NCBI RefSeq assembly: GCF_004376175.1
Contig: NZ_SNUY01000014.1
Span: forward strand, 30,777 to 62,776
DNA length: 32,000 nt
Source: Halalkalibacterium halodurans
Lineage (GTDB): Bacteria; Bacillota; Bacilli; Bacillales; Bacillaceae_D
Reading direction: 5' to 3'
This document shows, one piece after another, positions 17,440 through 26,700 of the stretch. Position 1 is the stretch's first letter. Each line of letters opens with the position of its first letter. The translations under genes and the position numbers were made by a program. A model generated the notes under the pieces. It saw only the letters and a list, made by a program, of their open reading frames with translations. It searched no databases and had not been told where the DNA came from.

Positions 17440-17916
17440 ATGGAAAAGATAGGAGTGATCCGAGTGTTACACTTATTTTTGTACAACTGGGACGTCCGGA
17501 GCAAGTGGTTTGACTGGTGTGAAAACTTATCGTTTGAACAGTTAACGGCCGAGCGAATAGGAGGAGTAGGCTCAATCTTACAAACGCTCTTTCATATCGT
17601 CGATGTGGAGCACAGCTGGATTCGAGCGATGAAAGGAGAAAAGGATCTGATTTTAGATTACGAATCAATGAAGTCTCTTACATACATTCGCCAACATTCT
17701 GAAGCGTGTCAGCCGGAAATCTATGAATTTTTACAAACATGGACAGATGAGCAGGAGGAGGATCTAGTTGACCCCCGTTGGCTTGAAGGTACTTATCGAA
17801 AAGGCGAGATTCTACGTCATGTGATTGCCCACGAAATTCATCATATGGGGCAGCTGTCTGTCTGGGCAAGAGAGCTAGGGCGGGAACCAGTCTCTGCTAA
17901 TTACATTAATCGGTAA
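17440..17916 (+). CDS. DinB-family protein
   Basis: HIVDVEHSWIRAM and HEIHHMGQLSVW His-triad motifs. 158 aa. Confidence 0.85.
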   Translation: MEKIGVIRVLHLFLYNWDVRSKWFDWCENLSFEQLTAERIGGVGSILQTLFHIVDVEHSWIRAMKGEKDLILDYESMKSLTYIRQHSEACQPEIYEFLQTWTDEQEEDLVDPRWLEGTYRKGEILRHVIAHEIHHMGQLSVWARELGREPVSANYINR

Positions 17917-18058
17917 GGAAGGGGGCTTGCGGAACAATCTGTGTTTTTTTCGAATAACCGAAACGAAACATTAGCGGGAGCCGTATATGAAGGGGAGACC
18001 GATCAAGGAGTTCTATTTGGTCATGGATTTGTCTCAAGCGAAAAAAGGAGCCGATAAG

Positions 18059-18505
18059 ATGGGATACATGGAAGATTTACGTAAACGAGTCGGAACAAGG
18101 CCGCTTATATTACCAGCATCTGTGGTCATCATTTTAAATGAACAGGATGAAATTTTACTGCAAAAGCGGCTCAATGGACGATGGGGGTTGCCCGGCGGTT
18201 TAATGGAGCTCGGTGAAAGCTTTGAAGAAACAGCGAAGCGTGAAATACTTGAGGAAACAGGTTTGACAATCAGAAACATCACCTTCCTCGATGTATTTTC
18301 CGGTAAAGATTTATACGTTAAAGTCGATAATGGTGATGAATTTTACGCGGTCACGGCTCTGTTTATGACCCGTGATGTAGCGGGGAGTATTCAAATGGAC
18401 CCGCGAGAATCGTTGGACCTACAATACATAGCACTTGATCAATTCCCGCCAAATGTCACGAGAACAAGCAGGATTTTCCTCGATCGGTTTATGGAGTTAA
18501 AATAA
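18059..18505 (+). CDS. NUDIX hydrolase
   Basis: Nudix box GLPGGLMELGESFEETAKREILEETGL. I chose ATG 18059, which is preceded by AAGGAG, over the upstream ATG 17987. Confidence 0.85.
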   Translation: MGYMEDLRKRVGTRPLILPASVVIILNEQDEILLQKRLNGRWGLPGGLMELGESFEETAKREILEETGLTIRNITFLDVFSGKDLYVKVDNGDEFYAVTALFMTRDVAGSIQMDPRESLDLQYIALDQFPPNVTRTSRIFLDRFMELK

Positions 18506-18632
18506 CAGGAGCTTTTCCCTGAACCGTTTGTGCGATTTCCTTTATCCTACCTCTACCATTTGATCTCATAATATGATAGGATCATATTGTTGGAAGTTCA
18601 TTCCTTTCATGAAAATTTGAGGAGGACTTAAA

Positions 18633-20723
18633 ATGGAGAAAGCTCCGCGGAAAAAGCGTCATCATGTGACGCTTCGATTAAATGTGTTATTTTTTGCAAT
18701 TTTTATCTTATTTTCCTTACTCATTTTGCGCTTAGGTATGGTGCAAATTGTTGAAGGAGACGTCCACAATGCAAACTTGCAACGAACGTCGAATAATGTG
18801 GCGCGCATTGACGCCCCGCGCGGTATAATGTTTGATCGGTACGGTCATGTCGTTGTGGATAACCGCTTAGAACTGTCACTAACCTACACGTCTCAAGGGA
18901 ACACTCGTGATATGGAAGAAATGCTGGATGTGGCTAAAAAGCTAGAAAAAATTATAACGGTTGAAACGGATAAAATTACCGAAAGGGACCGTAAAGATTA
19001 CTGGCTGCTGACAGCGAGCGAAGAAGATCGCTACGAGCTCGTTACACTTGAAGAGCGAAAGGATCTGCCACAAAAAGAGGAATACGACCTTGAAATCGAG
19101 CGGGTTTCCGATGTGCATTTGCAAACATTAACGGAAGAAGATGAACGAATTTTAGCGATTTTCCGTGAGATGAATCAAGGATATGCGATGACTCCGCAAC
19201 GGATTAAGCGAAACGTCACCGAAGAAGAAGCCCATATGATCGGGGAAATGCTTGATGAATTACCGGGCGTCGACTTGTTGCGTGACGCCTCTAGAGAATA
19301 TCCTTACGGTGACTCACTCATGGGGGTATTCGGGAAGACCGGGCAAATTCCGCGAGAAAAGTTAAACTATTATTTATCGGTCGGTTATGACCGTTCAGAC
19401 ATCGTCGGAACAAGCTATTTAGAAGAGCAATACGAGGATGTCCTTCGCGGGCAAAAAGCGGAAGTCGAGAGCGTTACAACGATGACGGGTGGACAGGAAG
19501 TTGACCGCTTAGTGAATGAACGATTAGGCTCCCGGGGCTATGACTTAGTGCTCTCAATCGATATGGAGATGCAGCAACACTTAGAAGAGATCGTGGAAAA
19601 GAAGATTTCAAATAGCCGTCATGGTTTTGTCGATGTCGGCTCAGCCTATGTCGTCATGCTCAATCCGAAAACGGGTGACGTCATCGCCATGACCGGCTAT
19701 CGTACTGACCGTGGACCGGATCAACTCGGAGTTGTGAACGCGGCCTTTGAAATGGGCTCTTCGATTAAAGGAGCGTCTGTATTAACAGGTTATCATACGG
19801 GGGTCGTTTCCCCGGGAGAATCGTTGTACGATACGCCGATTCAATTACCAGGTGCTCCTCCAATGGGCTCCTATACAAATATGGGTTGGGTGAACGGACA
19901 AACGGCGTTAGAGCGCTCTTCCAACGTTTACATGTTTCGTATCGCCATGGCGCTCGCTGGCTACAATTTAAGTTCTAACTGCTGCTGGAACTTAGAAAAA
20001 GGGTATGGCGAAGCACGCTATTACTTCGGGCAGTTCGGTTTAGGCGTTGAGACCGGGATTGATCTCCCTTCCGAATACATCGGGGTTAATGGGGGTATTC
20101 AACAAGGGGGGAACTTGCTCCACTTGTTTATCGGGCAGCTCGATACGTACACGACACTACAGCTAGGACAGTACATTGCAACGATTGCCAACGACGGCTA
20201 CCGGATGCAAACACGGCTCGTCACGGAAATTCGTGAGCCGAGCACGGAAATAGGCAGCCCTGGGGCGCTCGTGCAACAGTTTGAACCGCGGGTGTTAAAC
20301 CGGATCGATATGAGCGAAGCCCACATTCGTGACGTCCAGCAAGGGTTGCGACGGGTCGCAGTTGGAGGTCGAGGAACGGCGAGAGACAAATTTTCTGGAA
20401 AGAGCTATCAGCCAGCGTTGAAAACAGGAACGGCACAGGTGTCGGTTGTCGTCGGTGAAGGGGACAATCGTAGAGTCGTAAAGGGGAACAATCAAGCATT
20501 GGTTGGCTATGCTCCATACGACGATCCGGAAGTGGCGTTTGCCATCATCGTACCAAATGCGAGGGTCGATTCAGCACCAGGTGCAGTAAGGGGTATGGCG
20601 CAGGATATTGGTAGTGAGATGCTCGATCAATATTTTAAGCTCAAAGAAGAAAGACGCGGGCCAAAGCTTGCAGATGAACCGTTAGTCAATGATGAAGATG
20701 ATGAGGAAAATGAAGAAAACTAG
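18633..20723 (+). CDS. Class B penicillin-binding protein (PBP2/PbpA/SpoVD-like transpeptidase) with an acidic C-terminal tail
   Basis: N-terminal membrane anchor LNVLFFAIFILFSLLILRL. SxxK (SSIK), SxN (SSN) and KTGTA motifs. The tail reads NDEDDEENEEN. Confidence 0.9.
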   Translation: MEKAPRKKRHHVTLRLNVLFFAIFILFSLLILRLGMVQIVEGDVHNANLQRTSNNVARIDAPRGIMFDRYGHVVVDNRLELSLTYTSQGNTRDMEEMLDVAKKLEKIITVETDKITERDRKDYWLLTASEEDRYELVTLEERKDLPQKEEYDLEIERVSDVHLQTLTEEDERILAIFREMNQGYAMTPQRIKRNVTEEEAHMIGEMLDELPGVDLLRDASREYPYGDSLMGVFGKTGQIPREKLNYYLSVGYDRSDIVGTSYLEEQYEDVLRGQKAEVESVTTMTGGQEVDRLVNERLGSRGYDLVLSIDMEMQQHLEEIVEKKISNSRHGFVDVGSAYVVMLNPKTGDVIAMTGYRTDRGPDQLGVVNAAFEMGSSIKGASVLTGYHTGVVSPGESLYDTPIQLPGAPPMGSYTNMGWVNGQTALERSSNVYMFRIAMALAGYNLSSNCCWNLEKGYGEARYYFGQFGLGVETGIDLPSEYIGVNGGIQQGGNLLHLFIGQLDTYTTLQLGQYIATIANDGYRMQTRLVTEIREPSTEIGSPGALVQQFEPRVLNRIDMSEAHIRDVQQGLRRVAVGGRGTARDKFSGKSYQPALKTGTAQVSVVVGEGDNRRVVKGNNQALVGYAPYDDPEVAFAIIVPNARVDSAPGAVRGMAQDIGSEMLDQYFKLKEERRGPKLADEPLVNDEDDEENEEN

Positions 20724-20747
20724 TGATAGAGTTTAACCGATTTTGCC

Positions 20748-20780
20748 AGGCTGTTAGGGGCTTCCTAGCAGCCTTTTTTA
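20748..20780 (+). terminator. Rho-independent terminator after the PBP gene
   Basis: AGGCTGTTAGG-ggctt-CCTAGCAGCCT stem (one G.U pair) followed by TTTTT. Confidence 0.75.
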
Positions 20781-21035
20781 TCGTTTGTTTTTCTACTAGT
20801 GATTCGTTTGTTAACGAATGTCCTAAACCCCGAAAGGCTCTCCCAGTAAAAAAGACGGAGAGTTATCCGTAAATGTTTCCATTTAACCTCATGTTTACGT
20901 TTTTTTAACATCATTTTTTAACCTGTTTCATAGGATTTTTACAGTCTCGTTGCGAAATAGAGACATAAGCATTTTTGAGCCGGGAAAGGGGGGGAGCAGA
21001 CGAACGGCTATCAATCTTTTGGGGGAGAGGTACAA

Positions 21036-22529
21036 TTGAAAAAAGTAGTTGGGTTGATGATGATGATGTTTCTTTTGATAATTCCAGTTGACGCATTTGC
21101 AGGGAAATTCGATCCACCAGGGAACCCTGGTCATTGGTATGCAGGCGACGACCCGGGGAATATAGACCCTAATAAAGCCCCGATTGTGTTCGTCCATGGT
21201 CTCAATAGTTCATCACATACGTGGTGGGATGGAAACGACATGTACGATACCGCACGAGCCAACGGCTACCAAACGGCCTTCGTGGATTTATACCCTGTGA
21301 AGGATATGTGGGACAACGGCTCGATGTTAGCCACCATGTTAGAGGAGATTTATCATCACTTCGGTAGAAAGCCTCTCGTATTAGTCACCCATAGCAAAGG
21401 GGGGGTTGATTCACAAACAGCTCTAGTTCATTATGGCGCCCATCCTTATGTTTCCAATGTGATCACCTTGTCGACACCCCATCATGGCTCCCAACTCGCT
21501 GATCTAGCTTATAGCAGTTGGGCTGGTTGGCTAGCAGAAATTATCGGTGGGAGGAATGATGGGACGTATTCATTGCAAACAGGTCATATGGCGTACTATC
21601 GTAGCTTAACAGACTCCCACGCGCATCATCGCACGAATCCAATTTATACATTAGCCGGTACGAGCTGGGGGAGCTTTGGAGGCTCTCTTTACTGGGGTGG
21701 TCTTTATTTAAGTCAGTATGGCCAAAATGATGGAGCTGTCACAGTCTCATCCTCTCGGTTACCTTATGCAAGGGAACTTGCCGTCAGTAACTGGGATCAT
21801 TACAACATCAATAATGGTCGCACGACTTTTCAACATTTTCGTTCTTATTTGACCCCTAATCGTCATACAGTTTCCACAATGAACGCACAAGCGGAGGTTG
21901 ATCAACCATTGGCCAGTGCAACAATTTTTCGCGGTGGGGAAGAGCAAGGAGAAGTAAAGGAAGTCGTGACGGTTGAGGATGGTGTCCAAACAATTACATT
22001 TGATTATTTATCCGATGCACCGTTGCAAGATGTGACCGTAACGGCTCCTAACGGCGACAAGTATCCTCTCAATCAAGTAGTCGAAGTAGAGGGTGAGTTC
22101 GCTGGTGCTTGGCAGCATATAGCAACTGTTACGAACCCACAAGTAGGGGAATGGACGGTGACAGCCAAACATGTGAAAACACATCCGTATCTTCTAACGG
22201 TTCAGCTAGAGGGAGGCGTAACCGATCAGCTTGAGATCGAAATCCCTACGGTGACGAATGAAAAAATTAAAACGAAGGGCGCAAAAATAAATAAGCAAAA
22301 GTTGAAATACGATGTTCAAGTTGAGTATACGAACCCAGCGAATAAAACCGTTACCCAGAAAGTAAAAGCAAGAGTCACGAAGGACGGCGAACTGTATCTT
22401 CCGTTAAACAAAGAAGGCTCTTACACGATCACACTCGATGTTTCTGGGGAGACGACGAACAAGGCGCCTTTTGAGCGAACCATTGTCAAAAATGTTTATG
22501 TCGATAAAAACGGAAAATTGTTTCAATAG
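21036..22529 (+). CDS. Secreted alpha/beta-hydrolase lipase/esterase with a ~200-aa beta-rich C-terminal domain
   Basis: Signal peptide MKKVVGLMMMMFLLIIPVDAFA. VFVHGLNSS and a nucleophile elbow VTHSKGG (compare the Bacillus lipase AHSMGG). TTG start after GGGGGAGAGG. Confidence 0.8.
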   Translation: MKKVVGLMMMMFLLIIPVDAFAGKFDPPGNPGHWYAGDDPGNIDPNKAPIVFVHGLNSSSHTWWDGNDMYDTARANGYQTAFVDLYPVKDMWDNGSMLATMLEEIYHHFGRKPLVLVTHSKGGVDSQTALVHYGAHPYVSNVITLSTPHHGSQLADLAYSSWAGWLAEIIGGRNDGTYSLQTGHMAYYRSLTDSHAHHRTNPIYTLAGTSWGSFGGSLYWGGLYLSQYGQNDGAVTVSSSRLPYARELAVSNWDHYNINNGRTTFQHFRSYLTPNRHTVSTMNAQAEVDQPLASATIFRGGEEQGEVKEVVTVEDGVQTITFDYLSDAPLQDVTVTAPNGDKYPLNQVVEVEGEFAGAWQHIATVTNPQVGEWTVTAKHVKTHPYLLTVQLEGGVTDQLEIEIPTVTNEKIKTKGAKINKQKLKYDVQVEYTNPANKTVTQKVKARVTKDGELYLPLNKEGSYTITLDVSGETTNKAPFERTIVKNVYVDKNGKLFQ

Positions 22530-22537
22530 TCTGTATG

Positions 22538-22570
22538 AAAAACGTTGGACTTTTCGTCCAGCGTTTTTTA
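22538..22570 (+). terminator. Rho-independent terminator after the lipase gene (A-tract and T-tract, potentially bidirectional)
   Basis: AAAAACGTTGGAC-ttttc-GTCCAGCGTTTTT. Confidence 0.8.
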
Positions 22571-22612
22571 CACTTTTAGAAGGTAAAGATTTGAATAGGG
22601 AGTTCAAGAGAA

Positions 22613-23173
22613 ATGAGTAAACCAGTTATGCATGTAAGTTTAGTGATCGGTCCAAATTGTGAAATGGAATCCTACGCGTTGCGCTCAACATTAGAATATT
22701 TTGGCGCGAGGGTGAACGTCCATTGGGTTGGACGGCCAAACGATTTTGTTGATGTATTATCAGGCGTTGATCGGGAGCAGCAAGTAGACTATTTACTGTT
22801 AAATTTTCATGGTGATGAGGGAAGGTTTTGTCTTCCGGTGCTTAGTGAGGACATCTATGAGCCCGGTGAGCCGAAAGGGGAATTTTTCAGTGCCGATGAT
22901 GTGATTCGGTCTGCAAGTGTAAAAGGTGTCAAGGTGTTGGCCACTGGTTGCACCCTAGGAGTAGAACGGTTAGCCGAGTCGTTTCTTCAGTGTGGTTGCC
23001 CGTCGTTTATAGGTCCTATTGATTATATTGATGGCAATGCCAATCTAATGTTTGTGACACGGTTCATGTACGAGCTGATCACGAACGGGAAAAGGGAGCA
23101 AGAAGCGTTTACGATCGCGGCTGCGATGGATCAAGAGACCTCCTTATATAGGCGCTACACGGCTGTGGGATAA
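22613..23173 (+). CDS. Hypothetical 186-aa protein with a CHAT/caspase-like His-Cys arrangement
   Basis: LLLNFHGDEG (His) and VKVLATGCTLG (Cys) are followed by FLQCGCPSFIGPIDYIDGNANLMFVTRFMYEL, which resembles the C-terminal CHAT-domain pattern. SD AGGGAG. Confidence 0.5.
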   Translation: MSKPVMHVSLVIGPNCEMESYALRSTLEYFGARVNVHWVGRPNDFVDVLSGVDREQQVDYLLLNFHGDEGRFCLPVLSEDIYEPGEPKGEFFSADDVIRSASVKGVKVLATGCTLGVERLAESFLQCGCPSFIGPIDYIDGNANLMFVTRFMYELITNGKREQEAFTIAAAMDQETSLYRRYTAVG

Positions 23174-23242
23174 GGCCCCTTTTCGAGCGTCTGTATACTG
23201 GTGTTTCACCAAAGGCTAATAAACGTAAAGAGACGCGGTAGG

Positions 23243-24670
23243 ATGGGAGAGACTAAAGAAGAGGTGGTAGAATTGCAACCGAGACTGGTGATTGCAGGGA
23301 CTCATAGTGGAGTCGGGAAAACAACTGTTACGTTAGGATTAATGGCGGCATTTGTTGAAAAAGGAAACATCGTCCAAGGGTTTAAATGTGGCCCTGATTA
23401 TATCGATCCGAGCTACCATCGTGCGGTGACAAAGCGTGCATCGCGAAATTTAGATAGCTGGATGGTGAGCGAGGACGTCGTGAATGATATTTTTATTGAA
23501 GGCTGTAATGGAGCGGATTTGTCGATTATTGAAGGAGTCATGGGGTTCTATGATGGCAAAGCCTCCACAAGTGATAAAGGAAGTACAGCGGATATTTCCC
23601 TTCTTTTGCAGGCGCCGGTTCTGCTCGTTGTCGACATTAGTGGGATGGCTCGGAGTGCAGCTGCGGTCGTCAAAGGCTTCCAACAATTAAATGAGAAGGT
23701 GAAGATCGCTGGCGTCATTCTCAACGGGGCAGGAAGTGAGAGACATGCGGAAATGTGCAGTGAAGCGATTAAGGAAGCGTGTGGAATTCCCGCTTTAGGC
23801 TACTTGAAAAAAGGGGACGTTCCATCGATCCCAGAACGGCATTTAGGGCTCGTTCCTGCCCTTGAGCGTGGAGAGCATGATTCGCTTTTTTCACAGTTAG
23901 CGGCAGTTGTTTCAAGGCAATTTGATCTTGAACGAATCGAGCGGCTGGCTTTGGAAACATCTGCCCTTTCAAGGCGAACGAACCTGTTTCAACAAACGAA
24001 ACGCCCATCAGTTGTGAAAATTGCGGTCGCTTATGATGCGGCTTTTCATTTTTACTATGAGGAAAATTTCACATTGCTCAGGCAAGCTGGTGCTGAGCTT
24101 GTTTATTTTAGCCCCCTTCGCGGTGAAGATTTGCCGAGTCATTGTGATGGTTTGTATTTAGGCGGCGGCTTTCCAGAAGAGTTTGCAGATGAGCTCTCTC
24201 AATGGATAAAAGACCATCCCCAGCTTAAAAAGCGAGTCCAAAGCGGACTGCCTACATTAGCCGAATGTGGTGGCTATATGTTTTTAGGCGAACAGCTGAC
24301 CACGACTAAAGGAAAAACAGTTGAGATGGCTGGTGTCATTCCAATGGTCGTTCAAATGGAGAACAAGCTCGTTTCCCTCGGCTATCGAGATGTAACCCCA
24401 TTAGACGATTCGTTTTTACTTTCGAAAGGACAACAAATTCGTGGACATGAGTTCCATTATTCAAAAGCAGTTTACACGGAAACAGAAAGGCCGGCTTATT
24501 TTGTGAAAGGATTGTTTGGGGAAGGGAAGGAAGGCTACATGTCTGATCATTTACTTGCTGGCTACACCCATCTACATTTTGCTTCCGAACCAGCTGTTGC
24601 TACGCAATGGGTAAAAGCCTGTGAGGTGTACAAAAATCGGCGTTTACATAGGGGCCAAGTAAGTCAATAA
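23243..24670 (+). CDS. cbiA: Cobyrinate (or related tetrapyrrole) a,c-diamide synthase, CbiA/CobB family. Start is ambiguous (GTG 23201, ATG 23243 or TTG 23273).
   Basis: P-loop [12 protein letters not shown], and a GATase-type C-terminal half with [10 protein letters not shown] and the HEFHYS pattern. Confidence 0.85.
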   Translation: MGETKEEVVELQPRLVIAGTHSGVGKTTVTLGLMAAFVEKGNIVQGFKCGPDYIDPSYHRAVTKRASRNLDSWMVSEDVVNDIFIEGCNGADLSIIEGVMGFYDGKASTSDKGSTADISLLLQAPVLLVVDISGMARSAAAVVKGFQQLNEKVKIAGVILNGAGSERHAEMCSEAIKEACGIPALGYLKKGDVPSIPERHLGLVPALERGEHDSLFSQLAAVVSRQFDLERIERLALETSALSRRTNLFQQTKRPSVVKIAVAYDAAFHFYYEENFTLLRQAGAELVYFSPLRGEDLPSHCDGLYLGGGFPEEFADELSQWIKDHPQLKKRVQSGLPTLAECGGYMFLGEQLTTTKGKTVEMAGVIPMVVQMENKLVSLGYRDVTPLDDSFLLSKGQQIRGHEFHYSKAVYTETERPAYFVKGLFGEGKEGYMSDHLLAGYTHLHFASEPAVATQWVKACEVYKNRRLHRGQVSQ

Positions 24671-24797
24671 CGAACTTTACGAGATCAACCGTCCTTTTTT
24701 CAGTAAGTTTCTTCCGTCCAATGTGGATAGATGCCCAAACATTCAGGGCATCAACCTAATAGGATACTAAGGAACATAGGAAAAAGGAGCGAAAAGA

Positions 24798-25097
24798 ATG
24801 AGCGAGAATGAACGACATCAAGAAGAAAACGAGCAGGAAGGAGAAACCTTTCAAGAGCAAGCAACATCGGTTGATCCGTGGAACGAGATCATGTTTGGCG
24901 GTACGATGGAAGAACCGGCACCACAGACAGAGGAGACTCCAGTCCAAGAACGTTCGAGTGAAGCTGAAGATGAGTGGTATGGGTTTATGTTCGGAAGACG
25001 GTCAGAAAATATAGAGCAGGAAGCTCCCATCCCCGATCCGTGGCTCGGCTTTTTGTTTGGCATGCCGGCTGTTGTAGAAGAGGAACAGGAGGAATAG
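24798..25097 (+). CDS. Small (99 aa) highly acidic protein with three D-[PE]-W-x-[EG]-[IF]-[ML]-F-G repeats
   Basis: Good SD (AAAAAGGAG, 8 nt spacer). Repeats are DPWNEIMFG, DEWYGFMFG and DPWLGFLFG. A terminator follows. Confidence 0.6.
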   Translation: MSENERHQEENEQEGETFQEQATSVDPWNEIMFGGTMEEPAPQTEETPVQERSSEAEDEWYGFMFGRRSENIEQEAPIPDPWLGFLFGMPAVVEEEQEE

Positions 25098-25105
25098 CTG
25101 ACGAG

Positions 25106-25135
25106 AAATCCTTCAGATAACTGGAGGATTTTTTC
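25106..25135 (+). terminator. Rho-independent terminator
   Basis: AAATCCTTCAG-ataa-CTGGAGGATTT followed by TTTT. Confidence 0.7.
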
Positions 25136-25163
25136 GCATGACGCTAGGACATGAAATTCAGCC

Positions 25164-25197
25164 TTGACATGGGGAAGTTTCCAAACTATGCTATAAA
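25164..25197 (+). promoter_or_regulatory. Candidate sigma-A promoter for the ABC-F leader
   Basis: TTGACA (25164-25169), a 17-nt spacer, then TATGCT. This overlaps an extended -10-like TGcTATAAA (25189-25197). Confidence 0.5.
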
Positions 25198-25562
25198 TGT
25201 GTGTTGCCTACAGGATGTAGGCCCTAGCATTGCGTTTTGATCAGCTTACCATTTTGAGAAGCCAATTTTCAAAACGTAACAATGATAAGGAAAGGATCGG
25301 TACTTTGCCAATGAAGCAGTAATCCTACACTTCAGACAATCGTCATAAAAGAACAGATGATTTTGTCTAGATAGGATTAGTCTGCCATTTTTAGGGTACT
25401 GGTTCATCCTTTTACGGTTAAGAAGTGATTGCAGAAGCGCGAGTAAAGACGATTTTGTGCACTATTTAGGCACATGCTCCTTCCGGCGTTTTTTGCGATG
25501 ATTTAAGGATGTTATTAGCCCGATCGGATTAATCCTCTCTAGCAACGCAGGGAGGGTTTTTT
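25198..25562 (+). promoter_or_regulatory. ~360-nt structured leader of the ARE ABC-F gene (candidate ribosome-mediated attenuator)
   Basis: Hairpins at 25206-25222 (GCCTACA/TGTAGGC) and 25320-25379 (TAATCCTA...AGACAA...TTGTCT...TAGGATTA). CCTCTCT (25534-40) pairs with the SD AGGGAGG (25549-55). Mini-uORFs end at 25314 and 25322. Confidence 0.5.
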
Positions 25563-26594
25563 ATGTTGTTATTAGAAGCAAAACAACTCGAGAAAACATA
25601 CGGGGATCGCCAGGTGATACAGGCGGAAGAGCTCTTCGTCTACGAAGGGGACCGAATTGGAGTGGTCGGGAAAAACGGGGAAGGAAAATCGACCTTGCTC
25701 AAAATGTTGGCTGGCGTGCTAGCTTCAGATGGCTCTGGCTTTGTGAAGGCTTATGGAGACATCGCCTATATCCCCCAGCTTGAGGATCGTGATGCGAGCC
25801 TCGATGGACGAGTGAAAAAGCAGTGGAATGTTTCTCAGGCTTCAAACGAAAGGATGAGCGGTGGGGAACAAACGAGAAAAAAGATTGCCCAAGCCCTTTC
25901 CACATCGGCAAAGATACTCATTGCAGACGAGCCAACAAGTCACCTCGATTTGAAAGGAATTGAAAAGCTAGAAGCTGAGCTTATTCATTTTCCAGGAGCC
26001 CTCATTCTCATTTCTCATGATCGTGAGCTATTAAATCGTGTCTGTACGTCGGTATGGGAAGTGGAATCTGGCGAAGTGAATCAATATGACGGAAATGTGG
26101 ATGCCTATTTACAGCAAAAGGAGCACGAGCGCGAGAGGCAACAATTTGAATATGTACAGTTTCAGAAAGAGAAAAAGCGACTCGAGGAGGCGGCAAGGAA
26201 ACAGAGCGAAACATCGAAATCGCTCCGCAAGGCACCGAAACGGATGGGCAACTCAGAAGCCAGGCTTCATAAGCGGAGTGTCGGTCAAAAGAAGGCGAAG
26301 CTTGACAACCGAGCCAAGGCCATTCGCAGCCGAATCGAGCAATTAGACGTGAAGGAAAAACCGAAAGAGGCCAAACCGATTCAGTTCGATGTCCAAACGT
26401 TTCAGGCGATGCATAGCAAGACGGTCCTTTCATTCGAAAATGTCACGATTCAAGTTGGAGAATCGTTGCTAGTCTCACGTATCTCTGGATCCATTCAACC
26501 GGGAGATAAGCTAGCGATCACAGGTCCGAATGGCGCAGGAAAGACGACGCTTCTTCATCTGATTGAAAAGGCAAACGCACCAGGTATAAAACTT
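25563..26594 (+). pseudogene. ARE-type ABC-F protein (Vga/Lsa/VmlR-like ribosome-protection ATPase), 5' part (NBD1, linker and start of NBD2), interrupted by an IS
   Basis: GKNGEGKSTLL, SGGEQTRK, LIADEPTSHLD and ISHDRELL. A long Lys/Arg-rich interdomain linker, then a second Walker A GPNGAGKTTLL. The ORF then runs into the IS and stops. Confidence 0.85.
26587..26594. repeat. Target-site duplication TAAAACTT (left copy) of the IS256-family element
   Basis: An identical 8-mer is found at 28046-28053, directly outside the IRs. Confidence 0.85.
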
Positions 26595-26700
26595 GAGAGT
26601 ATAAAATATTTTGTGTAAATGAAAATTCCATGTAAAAAGGAAGACCCTTTCTTGGTAGAATAAAGTCACCATAACCAATTCTAGAAAAGAGGTCTTCCCT

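Noticed and set aside
17987-18058. Upstream ATG at 17987 as the start of the Nudix gene
   Set aside because: No SD precedes it. ATG 18059 has AAGGAG at the proper distance, and the Nudix fold does not require the extra 24 residues.
24808-25063. Alternative-frame ORFs 24808-25014 (+) and 24851-25063 (-), which overlap the acidic repeat protein gene
   Set aside because: Only the 24798 frame has a strong SD, a following terminator and an internally repeated peptide motif.
25470-25496. T-run CGTTTTTTGCG in the ABC-F leader as an intrinsic transcription terminator
   Set aside because: I could not find a convincing GC-rich stem immediately upstream. There is only a weak 5-bp TGTGC/GCACA hairpin 15 nt away, so it is not called as a terminator.
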